This document shows, one piece after another, positions 19,943-30,218 of a stretch of 64,000 bases of DNA. The translations under genes and the position numbers were made by a program. Source of the DNA: Candidatus Hodarchaeota archaeon (lineage in GTDB: Archaea; Asgardarchaeota; Heimdallarchaeia; Hodarchaeales; Hodarchaeaceae); assembly GCA_016839815.1 (NCBI GenBank), contig JAEOTM010000041.1:32001-96000 (forward strand), given 5' to 3'. The notes under the pieces were generated by a model. The model did no database searches. It was not told where the DNA came from and was given only the letters and a program-made list of their open reading frames with translations. Each line of letters opens with the position of its first letter. The first letter of the stretch is position 1.

Positions 19943-20500
19943 TCACAAGCGTCTTCGTACTATTGAAAAAATTGCCCCTCCAAACCAAAATAAGACTGTA
20001 GCAATAATCAGGGAAAATTTTATTGTGGCACAAATTGAAGCCACAAATGGGGCGAATTGTGGGTAATTTGAAGGAGAAGTAAGGATAAATAATAAATTGA
20101 CATTTTCTATAGCATCAAACAAGGCTGCTAAAAATGGAATCAAGGTAAAATAGTATCCGATGTTTGTCAGCGATGTAAACACACCTGATTTTGTCAGTAA
20201 TATAGTTACTCCTGCTAGGGCAAGGGAATAAAATATGAGAAATCCAAAATCAAGTAACACCGCATTCACTTCCTTGGTTATTAATTCATCTTCCCAAGAG
20301 GACAATATTCCTTCCATCCGTTCAACATTCCACGCAAATTCTAGATCTATTACTCCATATGCGGTCTGTGAAGTTAATTCCATTTCGATAGGTCTCATTA
20401 AAAAATAGAAAATTACAGTGAAGACTAACGAAAGTAGAGTTACTAAAAATAATATTCTGGTCTCAGAGTATTCTTTTAATTTGTCTATTAAGGAAATCAT
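19943..20500 (-). CDS. Integral membrane protein (about 4-5 TM)
   Basis: Hydrophobic segments; LDF..Y and FDAIEN motifs. Confidence 0.7.
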   Translation of the reverse strand: MISLIDKLKEYSETRILFLVTLLSLVFTVIFYFLMRPIEMELTSQTAYGVIDLEFAWNVERMEGILSSWEDELITKEVNAVLLDFGFLIFYSLALAGVTILLTKSGVFTSLTNIGYYFTLIPFLAALFDAIENVNLLFILTSPSNYPQFAPFVASICATIKFSLIIATVLFWFGGAIFSIVRRRL

Positions 20501-21093
20501 GACTTTTTACCCTCTCTTTTCAAAAAATGATCCATTAGAAATTCTCCAAGAATTTCAGCCGTCCTGGCCAAGTCGCCAGTATTTTCTATTATTTTATCTG
20601 GTGTAGGCATTTCAACCTTACTTTTCATTCTCTTTAATCGAATTTGTAATCCTGAATCATCTTCTCTCCCTCTTCTTTTAATTCGTGATTCTGCGACCTC
20701 TTTCGGGACAGTCACCAGAATAATTCTACATTCAGGAAATACTTCACGAGCCTTAAACAGCATACTTCTGGAAACGTTGATTAGTAATAGCTTATTTAGA
20801 GAGATTGCCTCCTTAATAGGAGCCCAACCGCATCCATACCAATTGTCGTAAATGTTCCATGACAGGGCATACTCATTATTAGCTTTTTGTTGTAGAAACT
20901 CGTCAGATGTCATAAAAGTTGATTCTTCATTCTTATCTGAAGGTCTAGTTATAACCCGCTTCAATGTTGCAGCTGGTATATTCTGTGAATGTAAGAATGA
21001 GACTGTTTCTCTCATCACACTATCTTTTCCGCTCCCAGAGGTACCAACGACAAATACTAACAAATCAGAATTAGCTATGGCCAAAGAAATCAT
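20497..21093 (-). CDS. phnN: PhnN-like ribose 1,5-bisphosphokinase / guanylate kinase family
   Basis: VGTSGSGKDS, RVITRP, YALSW...WYG, NVSR, RGRE. Confidence 0.75.
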   Translation of the reverse strand: MISLAIANSDLLVFVVGTSGSGKDSVMRETVSFLHSQNIPAATLKRVITRPSDKNEESTFMTSDEFLQQKANNEYALSWNIYDNWYGCGWAPIKEAISLNKLLLINVSRSMLFKAREVFPECRIILVTVPKEVAESRIKRRGREDDSGLQIRLKRMKSKVEMPTPDKIIENTGDLARTAEILGEFLMDHFLKREGKKS

Positions 21094-21155
21094 TCATCCT
21101 TCGCTAGAGATGTAATATTTGTTATTAGAAAGAGCTTAAAAAATCAACAGGTGAG

Positions 21156-21725
21156 GTGAAACTGATTACAATGCCGACTCTGCTGTTTAAGATCATACTC
21201 CTAGGAGATGGAGCTGTCGGAAAAACTTCAATACGACGTCGGTACATGGGCGAAGGGTTCAAAACTGATTTCCTAGCAACTATGGGTGCTGATTTTGCGT
21301 TTTTGAAGACTAAAATTGACTCAGTTAATGTAGAGTGGCAAATTTGGGATTTAGCGGGACAACCAGCCTTTAGAAACGTTATGAAGTCATATTACAAAGG
21401 TGCAATGGGTGCTCTTGCAGTCTATGATATTACTCAACCTAAATCATTGGAATCCCTAGATACTTGGGTTAAAGAAGTACGGGAACGAGCAGGGACCTAT
21501 AATGATTTACCCATTGTTCTTGTGGGCAACAAGATTGATCTTCGAGATGAAGTACCTTCCAGCTTAAAAACGATTCAAGGATTCGTGAAAGCTAAATCAT
21601 TAAATGCTGGCTTTGTAGAAACGTCTGCAAAAACTGGAGAGGCGATTGAAGAAGCATTTACAACTTTAGCTCGTGATATTATGTCAAAAACGAAATTTAA
21701 GAATAAAAAAAAAGGAGCGGAATAA
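21156..21725 (+). CDS. Rab-like small GTPase (Ras superfamily)
   Basis: G1 GDGAVGKTS, G2 TMGADF, G3 WDLAGQ, YYKGA, G4 NKID, G5 ETSAK. Confidence 0.95.
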   Translation: MKLITMPTLLFKIILLGDGAVGKTSIRRRYMGEGFKTDFLATMGADFAFLKTKIDSVNVEWQIWDLAGQPAFRNVMKSYYKGAMGALAVYDITQPKSLESLDTWVKEVRERAGTYNDLPIVLVGNKIDLRDEVPSSLKTIQGFVKAKSLNAGFVETSAKTGEAIEEAFTTLARDIMSKTKFKNKKKGAE

Positions 21726-21731
21726 TTCCGC
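21705..21731 (-). terminator. Dyad plus T-run, putative terminator of the convergent membrane-protein gene
   Basis: gcggaat-a-attccgc (21717-21731), followed on the minus strand by T9 (21705-21713). Confidence 0.5.
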
Positions 21732-21743
21732 ATTAATTCTCAT

Positions 21744-22364
21744 TCAGGGAGGGTTAACAATATGCCAAATTCCTGCTGGTTCACCTAGAACTAGCATTAG
21801 TAGACCTTGAATCAACAGAAGGGTACTAAATATAATTACAATGGGACTCCAGCTAATAATCTGGAGAATTCGATCTACAGTAAACTCAGTAAAGAAACTA
21901 GCCACAAATACTATACCAACGATGACAACAATTCCTAAAATCAAGAGCCACATTGGGACTGAAAATCCGAAGAGATCGATATTAGTAAAGTCTCCTGGTT
22001 CTTCTAAGTCAGCAAATAGCAACAGAAGTCCAGCTAGTGCTCCTAAGGTAATCATAGATATCATTGCAGCCAATGGTGTTTCCTTTAGTGGATCAGCTAA
22101 CATCGACATTCCAGCTAAGAAAATGAGAACTACGGTTAGCCAATGGACAACAACATCAGGGTCAACAGTATCGACATAACCCTCAAATATCGCAATTATG
22201 TTCACAATTCCAATAACAATTGACGTAGCCAATGCCAAATATTTCAAAAACCCAGATTCGTGTCGTTTTGACTTCGTAAACTTATTTACGCCGTATGCAA
22301 CACCAATTAACCCCGCTACCAACGCAATTATCCCTAAAAAGGGATCTACTATAAATTCTAACAT
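21744..22364 (-). CDS. Integral membrane protein (about 6 TM), unknown function
   Basis: Alternating hydrophobic helices across 206 aa. Confidence 0.75.
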   Translation of the reverse strand: MLEFIVDPFLGIIALVAGLIGVAYGVNKFTKSKRHESGFLKYLALATSIVIGIVNIIAIFEGYVDTVDPDVVVHWLTVVLIFLAGMSMLADPLKETPLAAMISMITLGALAGLLLLFADLEEPGDFTNIDLFGFSVPMWLLILGIVVIVGIVFVASFFTEFTVDRILQIISWSPIVIIFSTLLLIQGLLMLVLGEPAGIWHIVNPP

Positions 22365-22447
22365 GTTTAAAACCTTTGAAGAGTTATTTCATGACTTAGT
22401 TTGATTACATGAATCAAACTTTTAACCTTTTTGAGGAATAATAGAGG

Positions 22448-23098
22448 TTAATAACTTTCGGAGATAACTTTTCTAATCACTTCAGACTGAATATCCATAA
22501 ATTGCCTTTTATCATAAGAAATCAGGTCTGAAATATCAAAAATGGACGCTATTGATTTTAATTTAATTACATTTTGAATTAATGAGAGCTTAGGTTCAGC
22601 TGCCTCACTTAGTCGCTTAATCCCGTCATTTAATTTCTCTTCTTGATCTTCGTATTCTTGAGTTGCAAGAAGACTTATGCATTGGTGATAGTATAAAGCA
22701 GATAATTCTTTTAATAGTGTTTGATAATGAGAATAGTCAAGCACTTCCAAAATAGATGAAATCGTCGCTATAAAAAGAATTGTTTCAGTGGCTAACCCCT
22801 CCTCGATAAAACTACCAATTTTTTCATTAAACCTTGTTGTAAGCTTGTCTAAGGGATTTATTGATAATTTCTTCCCTGTTCTCAATAGAACTGATACATA
22901 ATGGGAAGGATCCGTCCCATAAAGGTCTTTACCCTGATCAAATAGAAAGTCTGCAAAATGCTGTAAGATTCGGTTTGATCCTTCTATCTCAAACTGAAGC
23001 GAGTAAGTGCGATCAGTGATGATATTTGGGTCAATAAAGAATTGCTGACGAACTAGTTGATCAACCAGTTCACGAAATGATAAAGTCTGGACAGTCAC
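22448..23098 (-). CDS. Hypothetical helical protein
   Basis: 216-aa ORF co-oriented downstream of the MTase; no recognised motif. Confidence 0.65.
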   Translation of the reverse strand: MTVQTLSFRELVDQLVRQQFFIDPNIITDRTYSLQFEIEGSNRILQHFADFLFDQGKDLYGTDPSHYVSVLLRTGKKLSINPLDKLTTRFNEKIGSFIEEGLATETILFIATISSILEVLDYSHYQTLLKELSALYYHQCISLLATQEYEDQEEKLNDGIKRLSEAAEPKLSLIQNVIKLKSIASIFDISDLISYDKRQFMDIQSEVIRKVISESY

Positions 23099-23145
23099 GA
23101 GTAGAATTCACCCTTACTTGGCATGATTCTCTCTGAGATGACTGT

Positions 23146-25548
23146 TTAATTATCTTTCGTATTTTCATTAAGTCGATTAGATACGTTTTTGTTAATGAAA
23201 TGTAAAATAATCCTTAACTCCTTTTCATTAATCCCCAGCATCTGAGCATAAAATCTATCAATCATTCCACGTAATTCATTCTCTGAAGTGATTGAAGTTC
23301 TAGATTTCTCGTTTCTTAATTTCTGGAATATGGACAGTAATGTCTGCTCCTGATGTGGGGTCAGTTTGGTTGGAAGATTTAATGATTTTAACCAATATAC
23401 ATTGGTATCCAGTACTCCATACCCCATATTCGTATTGCCTTCCATTTCCATTTGAGCCCAAACAAAGCTACTATTCAAATATGTCAGAATCAACGGAATT
23501 TTATTGGAATCATATACTTTTATTCCATAAAAACGTTGATCTGGAAAACACCCTGCACTATTAACCAAACATCCAGGTCTATCATGATAACTCTTGGTCC
23601 ATAAAAGGTCTGGTAATGTATATGGTGGTAATGCATACCACGGATTCCTTTGTCGCAAACTTGTAATTAAATGATAACCTTTCACCGTTTGACCAATTAA
23701 TTTTCCTTGTTTTATCGACACTAATTGGTTTTCCCCCCAAAGAATATATTCCAGAGCGTTTTTTCCCTTCAGCTGATCCTGTGATTGTTGACAATTAAAT
23801 AACCACATTTTTGGTTTGAAACTGTCTGGAATTTCAAAACCTCCACATTCTTGAGGGCTCTTTATGATAGGAGTAAGAAATTCTGTTTCAAGTTTTCCAC
23901 GATAACCCTGTTTATTTGTGATCTTGGCTATTCTTTCACTTGTATTTATTGAATTTACTAGAACATGGAAGAAATCATTGGCACCAGTCTTAATGCCAAA
24001 CTGAATGTGTGCTAAAGTTGAAAGAGGGGTACCTTGAAATTTAATTTTGTCTAATATGCTTCTTTCCGCTTTTGAAGCTCGCAAAAAGTTACCAGCCCAC
24101 TTATGAGTAGTTTTCAATTCTTCTATAGGAACAGCTTCCGTACGATAGTCATCAGATGAGATCTCCTCATGAAACATTAATCCTTTTTTTAAAGATGAAA
24201 TCGAAATATTATGCATCTCTTTGAATGTCTCCGTGAAGAACACTTGACCTTCTGATACCCCTTTTTTATCGGTTTTTGATGCTAGAAAGATAACAGAATT
24301 AATCCCTATATCCTTCCATAATCTCGAACCTGATTGATGTATGATTTCACAGAAAGCTAACTTTTTTCTCTCCAATAATGATACTAAATGGTCTTGCAGA
24401 GTTTTACCATATTTAACCTCAAGCCATGCATTCGACGTTAGGAAGGTTAAAATTCCATTAGAACTCAAGAGATTTATGCTTTTCAGGCAAAAATAAATAA
24501 GGTAATCACTTTTACGATCTAATGTAATTTCATGTTTTAAAATTGGTGAAATTAAGTTATAAAGCTTCTTTTTATAATCTGAAGGACTATCCATTCCAAT
24601 ATCTTCATGACGAACATAAGGTGGATTTCCAATTATGATATCAAATCGTTTCACGATTTTTTCCAGTAAAAAATCTCCACAAACTAACGAAGTTTCTATT
24701 TTTATAGGACAAGAACCGTATTGCTTCACGAAGAATTGCTCTACTAAAAGTAAACGTAGTTCGGTAACCAATAAGGCGATTGGATCAAGATCCATACCAG
24801 AGAGGGAGATATGGATTTTTTGTTCATTCTTAGGCCCTAAATGTGCGATTTTGTCTCCAATTTTCGCTATTTGTTTAGCTATATGAACTAAAAATGTACC
24901 AGTCCCACAACTCGGGTCGAGGACAGAGATTTTAAATGGATATTTGGAAAATAATGATAAATTTTCCTTTCGGGTTGTTTTTGATTCAATCCAGTCTAAC
25001 AACTCCTCATTAGACAAGTCATGTATGCTATTTTGTAAGAAATGATAACTTACCAGAAAAGAAATTAGCTCAGCATCTTCTGGGAGTGTATAATACGTCC
25101 CTCGTTTCTTTTTTGACAAAGTAGAGAGAGATAGATTCTCAACTACAAATGACAAGAGGGAAGATCCCAGATTAAGATCGATTGGAAATTTATTATAGAT
25201 GATGAGTAGGAAATCAATTTTAATCTTAGCTTCATTAATATGAGTAACTGGACGAATGCTCTTAATAATTCGCTTCGTGACATCATTAGTTTTATCATCC
25301 TCTTGTAACGATCTTTGAAGATCTTCAAGCAAATCTATTGCATAAATTTCATCTTTAGATTTCTTAATTCGCTCTAAAATTAGTGGATCTTGGGAGTTCA
25401 CTTCGCTTAAAGATACTAAGCAAATGATGTATGCGATTATCTTTTCCAGAGAAGGTTTGGTATGTGTACTACCGCCTGATAACAGCTGTAGACTAAAATC
25501 AAGAAAAATGTTTTCTACATCGCTCAAAAGATTTTCTTCGGGTATCAA
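23146..25548 (-). CDS. Gamma-class N6-adenine DNA methyltransferase (Eco57I/TaqI-like) with C-terminal target-recognition region
   Basis: GTYYT, VLDPSCGTGTFL, FDIIIGNPPYVR, SNAWL..KYG, GIKTGANDFF, YLNSS. Confidence 0.9.
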   Translation of the reverse strand: MIPEENLLSDVENIFLDFSLQLLSGGSTHTKPSLEKIIAYIICLVSLSEVNSQDPLILERIKKSKDEIYAIDLLEDLQRSLQEDDKTNDVTKRIIKSIRPVTHINEAKIKIDFLLIIYNKFPIDLNLGSSLLSFVVENLSLSTLSKKKRGTYYTLPEDAELISFLVSYHFLQNSIHDLSNEELLDWIESKTTRKENLSLFSKYPFKISVLDPSCGTGTFLVHIAKQIAKIGDKIAHLGPKNEQKIHISLSGMDLDPIALLVTELRLLLVEQFFVKQYGSCPIKIETSLVCGDFLLEKIVKRFDIIIGNPPYVRHEDIGMDSPSDYKKKLYNLISPILKHEITLDRKSDYLIYFCLKSINLLSSNGILTFLTSNAWLEVKYGKTLQDHLVSLLERKKLAFCEIIHQSGSRLWKDIGINSVIFLASKTDKKGVSEGQVFFTETFKEMHNISISSLKKGLMFHEEISSDDYRTEAVPIEELKTTHKWAGNFLRASKAERSILDKIKFQGTPLSTLAHIQFGIKTGANDFFHVLVNSINTSERIAKITNKQGYRGKLETEFLTPIIKSPQECGGFEIPDSFKPKMWLFNCQQSQDQLKGKNALEYILWGENQLVSIKQGKLIGQTVKGYHLITSLRQRNPWYALPPYTLPDLLWTKSYHDRPGCLVNSAGCFPDQRFYGIKVYDSNKIPLILTYLNSSFVWAQMEMEGNTNMGYGVLDTNVYWLKSLNLPTKLTPHQEQTLLSIFQKLRNEKSRTSITSENELRGMIDRFYAQMLGINEKELRIILHFINKNVSNRLNENTKDN

Positions 25549-25550
25549 TC

Positions 25551-27398
25551 TTAAATTCCAACAAGATTTTCTATTCTCGCGACTTCCTGATCATTGAGAT
25601 CACCATCATGATTGCACTTCCTCATCTCATATAGAAATTTCAAACCCTGTTGAAAATCCTCTATTGATTGGAATGCTTTGGATTCTTCGGCTATTCCTGT
25701 GGGTAATGCTTCATATAAAATCCGATAAGGAAGAGTATCATGGACTCCAGCAGTATTTTGTTGAAGTTTAAACTCACGCATATTGAAGTATCGCGTTATA
25801 CTCCAGATACTTTGTGCTATCTCCCGAATATCTTTTAACCCACCTGTAGCCTCGGTATACAGAGTTTGAACATCTTGAAGGTTCAAAGCGGGAATTATTG
25901 AATGAGTGAAATGACAAATAATCAAGCTATCTTTAATCAATTTTAGATCCTGTTCAGAAACTAATGTTTCTACTATTTCTGGCGACACTAACTCGTCTTT
26001 GGGAAGTTTCATGGATGTTGGCCATCCTCGTAGATGAGAAGCTCCAGCAGCTGCAGTTGCATAACTAAGGCCTAATGCTAGTCGTCCTCTGGGATCCCAT
26101 GCTGCCATCTCCAAACCTTTTACATGAATTGCAAACTTTTCTGATCCTTGGCCAAATAGTTCTGAGACTCGTTTTGTACCTTCAGCGAGGATTTTCCCTA
26201 CTCCTTGTTTGTAAGCAATTTTGGTGATTAACTCTAATAACCCTTGATCATCACCGAATACAATTTGCTCCTCCTGAAACTCAGGGGGGACTAATCCTTT
26301 TTCACTACATTCCATAAAGAAAGCAATTGTGCTACCTGTGCTAATTGAATCAAGTCCATACTTATTTAACAGATAATTTGCTTCTACAACTGTTTCGTAT
26401 TTTACCGCGCAACTAGATCCAATTAGACCCAACGTTTCATACTCTGGTACAGCAGCAATGTGATTTTCTTCATCCTTAAATGAAAAATTATCTCCAAAAA
26501 CATGAGCACACTGGATTACGCACTTATAACATGGTCGTTTTTTGGTAGAGTAGTTCTGAATGGCTTCTTCTCCAAGACTAGAAGCTTCCTCTGCTAAAGT
26601 ACCATATTGGAAATTCCGTACTGGTAATTGATCACGTTCAGACGATATGTTGAATAATGCGGGGGTACCCACTCTATAGATCCAATGATCTACTTCTTTT
26701 CCTTTCGATGCACGCTTGCGAAGATCCATAGCTTTATTCTTCAACTTCTCCAAGTCGAATACTGGAATATCTTTTTTATTTCCTTTAATAGCGATTCCAA
26801 GTAGATTTTTTGATCCAAAAACCGCTCCTATTCCACCTCGTCCGGTATTTCGAAAACTATCACTAGTAATACAAGCAAACTTAACTTTATTTTCTCCAGC
26901 TGGCCCAATAGACATAATTCGAGCTTTGGGTTCATGAATTCTTTTTCGAAACGCCATTTCTTTTTCAAGTGTTGTGAGACCCTTTAGATCTTGAGCATCA
27001 TTAATTTGAATGTCGTCATCTCGAATAGAAATAAAACACGGACTTTTAGCTATTCCTTCAATAATTAACGCATCATATCCAGCAAACTTTAATTCGGGAC
27101 CTACAAATCCACCTGCATGAGAATCTAAAAATAACCCAGTTAAGGGAGATTTTGTTACAATACAATAACGACCACAGATCGGAACGACTGTTCCTTGTAA
27201 AGGACCAGTGGAAACGATAATCTTATTTTCAGAACCTAGTGGATCAATGCCTGGATCAAGTTCTTGAGTTAAAAGAAAAGCTCCTAAACCTTTTCCTCCC
27301 ATAAAGGTTTCTACTATATTTTCTGGCAATTTTTCCTTTTTTATTTGATTTGTAGAAAGATTGATTCGTACAAGTCGATTATGTAACCCATTAGCCAT
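25551..27398 (-). CDS. aor: Tungsten-containing aldehyde:ferredoxin oxidoreductase
   Basis: GGKGLG, KSPLTG, SIGPAGEN, GRGG.GAVFGSKNL, CxxCxxxC, EYET, GLDSIS, HVKGLE, DSLIICHF. Confidence 0.93.
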   Translation of the reverse strand: MANGLHNRLVRINLSTNQIKKEKLPENIVETFMGGKGLGAFLLTQELDPGIDPLGSENKIIVSTGPLQGTVVPICGRYCIVTKSPLTGLFLDSHAGGFVGPELKFAGYDALIIEGIAKSPCFISIRDDDIQINDAQDLKGLTTLEKEMAFRKRIHEPKARIMSIGPAGENKVKFACITSDSFRNTGRGGIGAVFGSKNLLGIAIKGNKKDIPVFDLEKLKNKAMDLRKRASKGKEVDHWIYRVGTPALFNISSERDQLPVRNFQYGTLAEEASSLGEEAIQNYSTKKRPCYKCVIQCAHVFGDNFSFKDEENHIAAVPEYETLGLIGSSCAVKYETVVEANYLLNKYGLDSISTGSTIAFFMECSEKGLVPPEFQEEQIVFGDDQGLLELITKIAYKQGVGKILAEGTKRVSELFGQGSEKFAIHVKGLEMAAWDPRGRLALGLSYATAAAGASHLRGWPTSMKLPKDELVSPEIVETLVSEQDLKLIKDSLIICHFTHSIIPALNLQDVQTLYTEATGGLKDIREIAQSIWSITRYFNMREFKLQQNTAGVHDTLPYRILYEALPTGIAEESKAFQSIEDFQQGLKFLYEMRKCNHDGDLNDQEVARIENLVGI

Positions 27399-27449
27399 TT
27401 CTATCAGAACAAGGAATTGTTACGAAATGAATAAAAATCTCACCCAAAA

Positions 27450-27502
27450 AAGTAGATTCCTACTACTAAAGTAGAAGTATAAAGCACGACAATAATCTAC
27501 TT
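27450..27502. promoter_or_regulatory. 9-bp inverted repeat bracketing a TATA-like box in the divergent aor/TPP-enzyme promoter
   Basis: aagtagatt (27450-27458) and aatctactt (27494-27502) around gtataaa (27477-27483). Confidence 0.35.
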
Positions 27503-27504
27503 AC

Positions 27505-27526
27505 GGTGTAAACTTGGTGTAAACTT
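27505..27526 (+). repeat. 11-bp tandem duplication over the RBS/start codon
   Basis: ggtgtaaactt x2, running into the TTG at 27525. Confidence 0.7.
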
Positions 27527-29237
27527 GACAGAACGCTTATCAGGTGGCTCATTCGTAGCAAAAAGTCTAAAGGTAGAGGATATTGAGTATGTTTTCACAT
27601 TATCGGGAGGACATATCAATCCCATTTACAAAGGATTGGTAGAGGAGGGGATACCTATCATTACAACTAGACATGAGCAAGCTGCGGGAAATGCTGCAGA
27701 GGGATGGGCTAAAACTACTCGTACTCCAGGAGTTTGTTTGGTAACCGCAGGTCCAGGTTTTTCTAATGTTCTTCCTGCTTTAATTAGTGCTTATTATGCT
27801 CATAGTCCTGTATTCGCCATTACGGGGCACACAGCATTAAGAGATTTAAATAAACATGCTGCTCAGGAAGTGGACCATTTACCTTTAGCTAATCCAGCAA
27901 CAAAATATGCACGAATGGTCTACAATACTCACCGAATTCCTGAATATATGCAAGAAGCCTTCAGGGCATGTACAGCTGAAAATATGGGCCCTGTATTACT
28001 TGATATTCCAGTTGATATTTTAACTCTTGAATCAGATGTGGATGAAGCAAAACCATTTTATGGATTATCTCCTGATCAATATCGTCCTAAAGGGTATAAA
28101 TATCCAGACCCCTTACTGGTGAAACAGGTAGCAGATTATTTATTAGAGGCGAAGAATCCAGTAATAATTGCGGGAAGTGGAGTTTATTGGGGAGGAGCAT
28201 CGGCTAATTTGTTAGCATTAGCTGAATATTTATCAATTCCAGTAGCGTATGATGATTTAGGGAAAGGATCAATTCCTGAACTTCACCCATTAGCCATTGG
28301 GAGTGCGATTCAAAATATCTTACTTAACCAAGCAGATTTTATACTAGCTCTTGGAGTTATTTTTGGAGAATACCAAGGATATGGAACTAATCCAGCCTTC
28401 TATGCAGAAGATGTTAAGTTTGTGCATGTAGATCCTGAAGCAACAGCAGTAGGTAAGAATAGACCCTTAGAATTAGGAATTTCCTGTTCAATTAATCCTT
28501 TCTTAGAACAACTATTAGCTACTGTGATAAAACTCAAACCAGAAGTCAAATTACATAATGAATGGGCTAAGACCATCAAAGGGGATCGGAACCAGCTCGA
28601 AGAAATGATTAGCGGACCTGTGGATTCTAACGATACTCCCATCAAACCACAAAGGCTTACGAAAGATATTCAACAATTCTTGGATGAAGACACTAGATTA
28701 TTCTTAGATGGAGGAGATACCACTGTTTGGGCCAATCTAATCTTGAAAGCTACTTATCCTGGTCAAATTATTGGCTCACATGGACCTACTGGTCATTTAG
28801 GAGCTGGATTACCTATGGGAATAGCTGGGAAGCTAGCAGAACCTGAGAAAAATGTTATTATACTCTCAGGGGATGGAAGTTTTCTGTTTAATGGGGCGGA
28901 AATTGATACAGCAATTCGCTATGACTTACCTTTAACAGTAATAATTGAAAATGATTCTTTGTGGGGAATGATTGCACATAACCAGGATTTATCATGGGGT
29001 GAACGTATCGGTACCACCTTAGATGAAAAGAATCATATTGATTATGTTAAGTTTGCAGAAAGCTTGGGTGGACAAGGAGAATTGGTCACTCGGCCAGAAG
29101 ATGTCCCCTCAGCGATTAGACGAGCTAAAAACAGTGGTACTGTAACAGTAGTTGACGTAAGAGTTGATGGCTCTGTGACAAATATTCTGAATCAGAGTGC
29201 AGCTGCAAAAGCCGACCCCTCATTTTGGGAACAATAG
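27525..29237 (+). CDS. Thiamine-pyrophosphate enzyme (AHAS-like / 2-hydroxyacyl-CoA lyase / benzaldehyde lyase group)
   Basis: VFTLSGGHI, RHEQAAG, TAGPG, QE, DGGD, GDGS...N TPP motif. Confidence 0.9.
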   Translation: MTERLSGGSFVAKSLKVEDIEYVFTLSGGHINPIYKGLVEEGIPIITTRHEQAAGNAAEGWAKTTRTPGVCLVTAGPGFSNVLPALISAYYAHSPVFAITGHTALRDLNKHAAQEVDHLPLANPATKYARMVYNTHRIPEYMQEAFRACTAENMGPVLLDIPVDILTLESDVDEAKPFYGLSPDQYRPKGYKYPDPLLVKQVADYLLEAKNPVIIAGSGVYWGGASANLLALAEYLSIPVAYDDLGKGSIPELHPLAIGSAIQNILLNQADFILALGVIFGEYQGYGTNPAFYAEDVKFVHVDPEATAVGKNRPLELGISCSINPFLEQLLATVIKLKPEVKLHNEWAKTIKGDRNQLEEMISGPVDSNDTPIKPQRLTKDIQQFLDEDTRLFLDGGDTTVWANLILKATYPGQIIGSHGPTGHLGAGLPMGIAGKLAEPEKNVIILSGDGSFLFNGAEIDTAIRYDLPLTVIIENDSLWGMIAHNQDLSWGERIGTTLDEKNHIDYVKFAESLGGQGELVTRPEDVPSAIRRAKNSGTVTVVDVRVDGSVTNILNQSAAAKADPSFWEQ

Positions 29238-29252
29238 TATGGAGAAAGTAAA

Positions 29253-30212
29253 TTGGCAATTCTTATTACTGGTGGTACTGGTTTTATAGGTTCCTTTCTA
29301 GCAAAAGAATTGTTTACTTCAACGAATGAAGAACTGATTCTATTTGATTACATCATTAATGAGAAGCGAATAAAATCATTGAAAGATGATCCTCGTATTT
29401 CACTCATCAAAGGTGACGTTTCTAACAGAACATTTCTCCACTCGCAATTAGAAAAACTCACTGATTTTTCAACTATCTACCATTTTGGTAGTCTAATGCC
29501 TCCGTTAACCGAATCCGAGTTAACGGATGCTTTTAATATCAATATTCAAGGAACTTTCAATGTTTTGGAATTTGCACGTCTTCATAACATTTCACAAGTC
29601 GTTTATTCTAGCTCTGGAGCGATATATGGACCAGGTGTCGACCTACCAGTTACTGAACAATCGTTTCGAGATCCATGGACTATGTATGGTGTTGGAAAAG
29701 TATGTTCGGAAGTCCTAGGATCGTTTTATCATCGTAGAAAAGGAGTAAAGTTTACTTCTATTCGTTTTCCTGCTTTAATCGGACCAGGACGCACAGGCAA
29801 AGGAATGACCATTTTTGCGAATAATATCATTCAATATCCTGCTCAAGGAGAAAAAGCCATCTGTAATGTCGAAGAAGATATTGCTGTTCCTCTAATATAT
29901 ATCAAAGACGCAACTAAGTTCTTAGCCAGTCTCCACAAGCGTGAAGATATTCCAGAACAAACATACAATATTGATGGAGTATGGATCAGAGCAAACGAAC
30001 TAGCGAAGTATGTACAAAATGAAATATCTGATGCAATCATTGAGTATGACCCTGATCCAGAATTAACCTTTATGCTTCGGAGTTGGTCCATGATGAAAGG
30101 AGAATCCAATGCAATTTTCGATGATCTTGGATACTCACCCTCATACTCACCAGAAGAGATGGTCAAAGACTTTATTTTAGAAGTAAAAACAAACCCTGAT
30201 TACAAAATCTAG
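29253..30212 (+). CDS. Extended SDR, NAD-dependent epimerase/dehydratase (L-threonine 3-dehydrogenase-like)
   Basis: ITGGTGFIG, SSGAIYG, YGVGK, SIRFP. Confidence 0.88.
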   Translation: MAILITGGTGFIGSFLAKELFTSTNEELILFDYIINEKRIKSLKDDPRISLIKGDVSNRTFLHSQLEKLTDFSTIYHFGSLMPPLTESELTDAFNINIQGTFNVLEFARLHNISQVVYSSSGAIYGPGVDLPVTEQSFRDPWTMYGVGKVCSEVLGSFYHRRKGVKFTSIRFPALIGPGRTGKGMTIFANNIIQYPAQGEKAICNVEEDIAVPLIYIKDATKFLASLHKREDIPEQTYNIDGVWIRANELAKYVQNEISDAIIEYDPDPELTFMLRSWSMMKGESNAIFDDLGYSPSYSPEEMVKDFILEVKTNPDYKI

Positions 30213-30218
30213 AATTAC

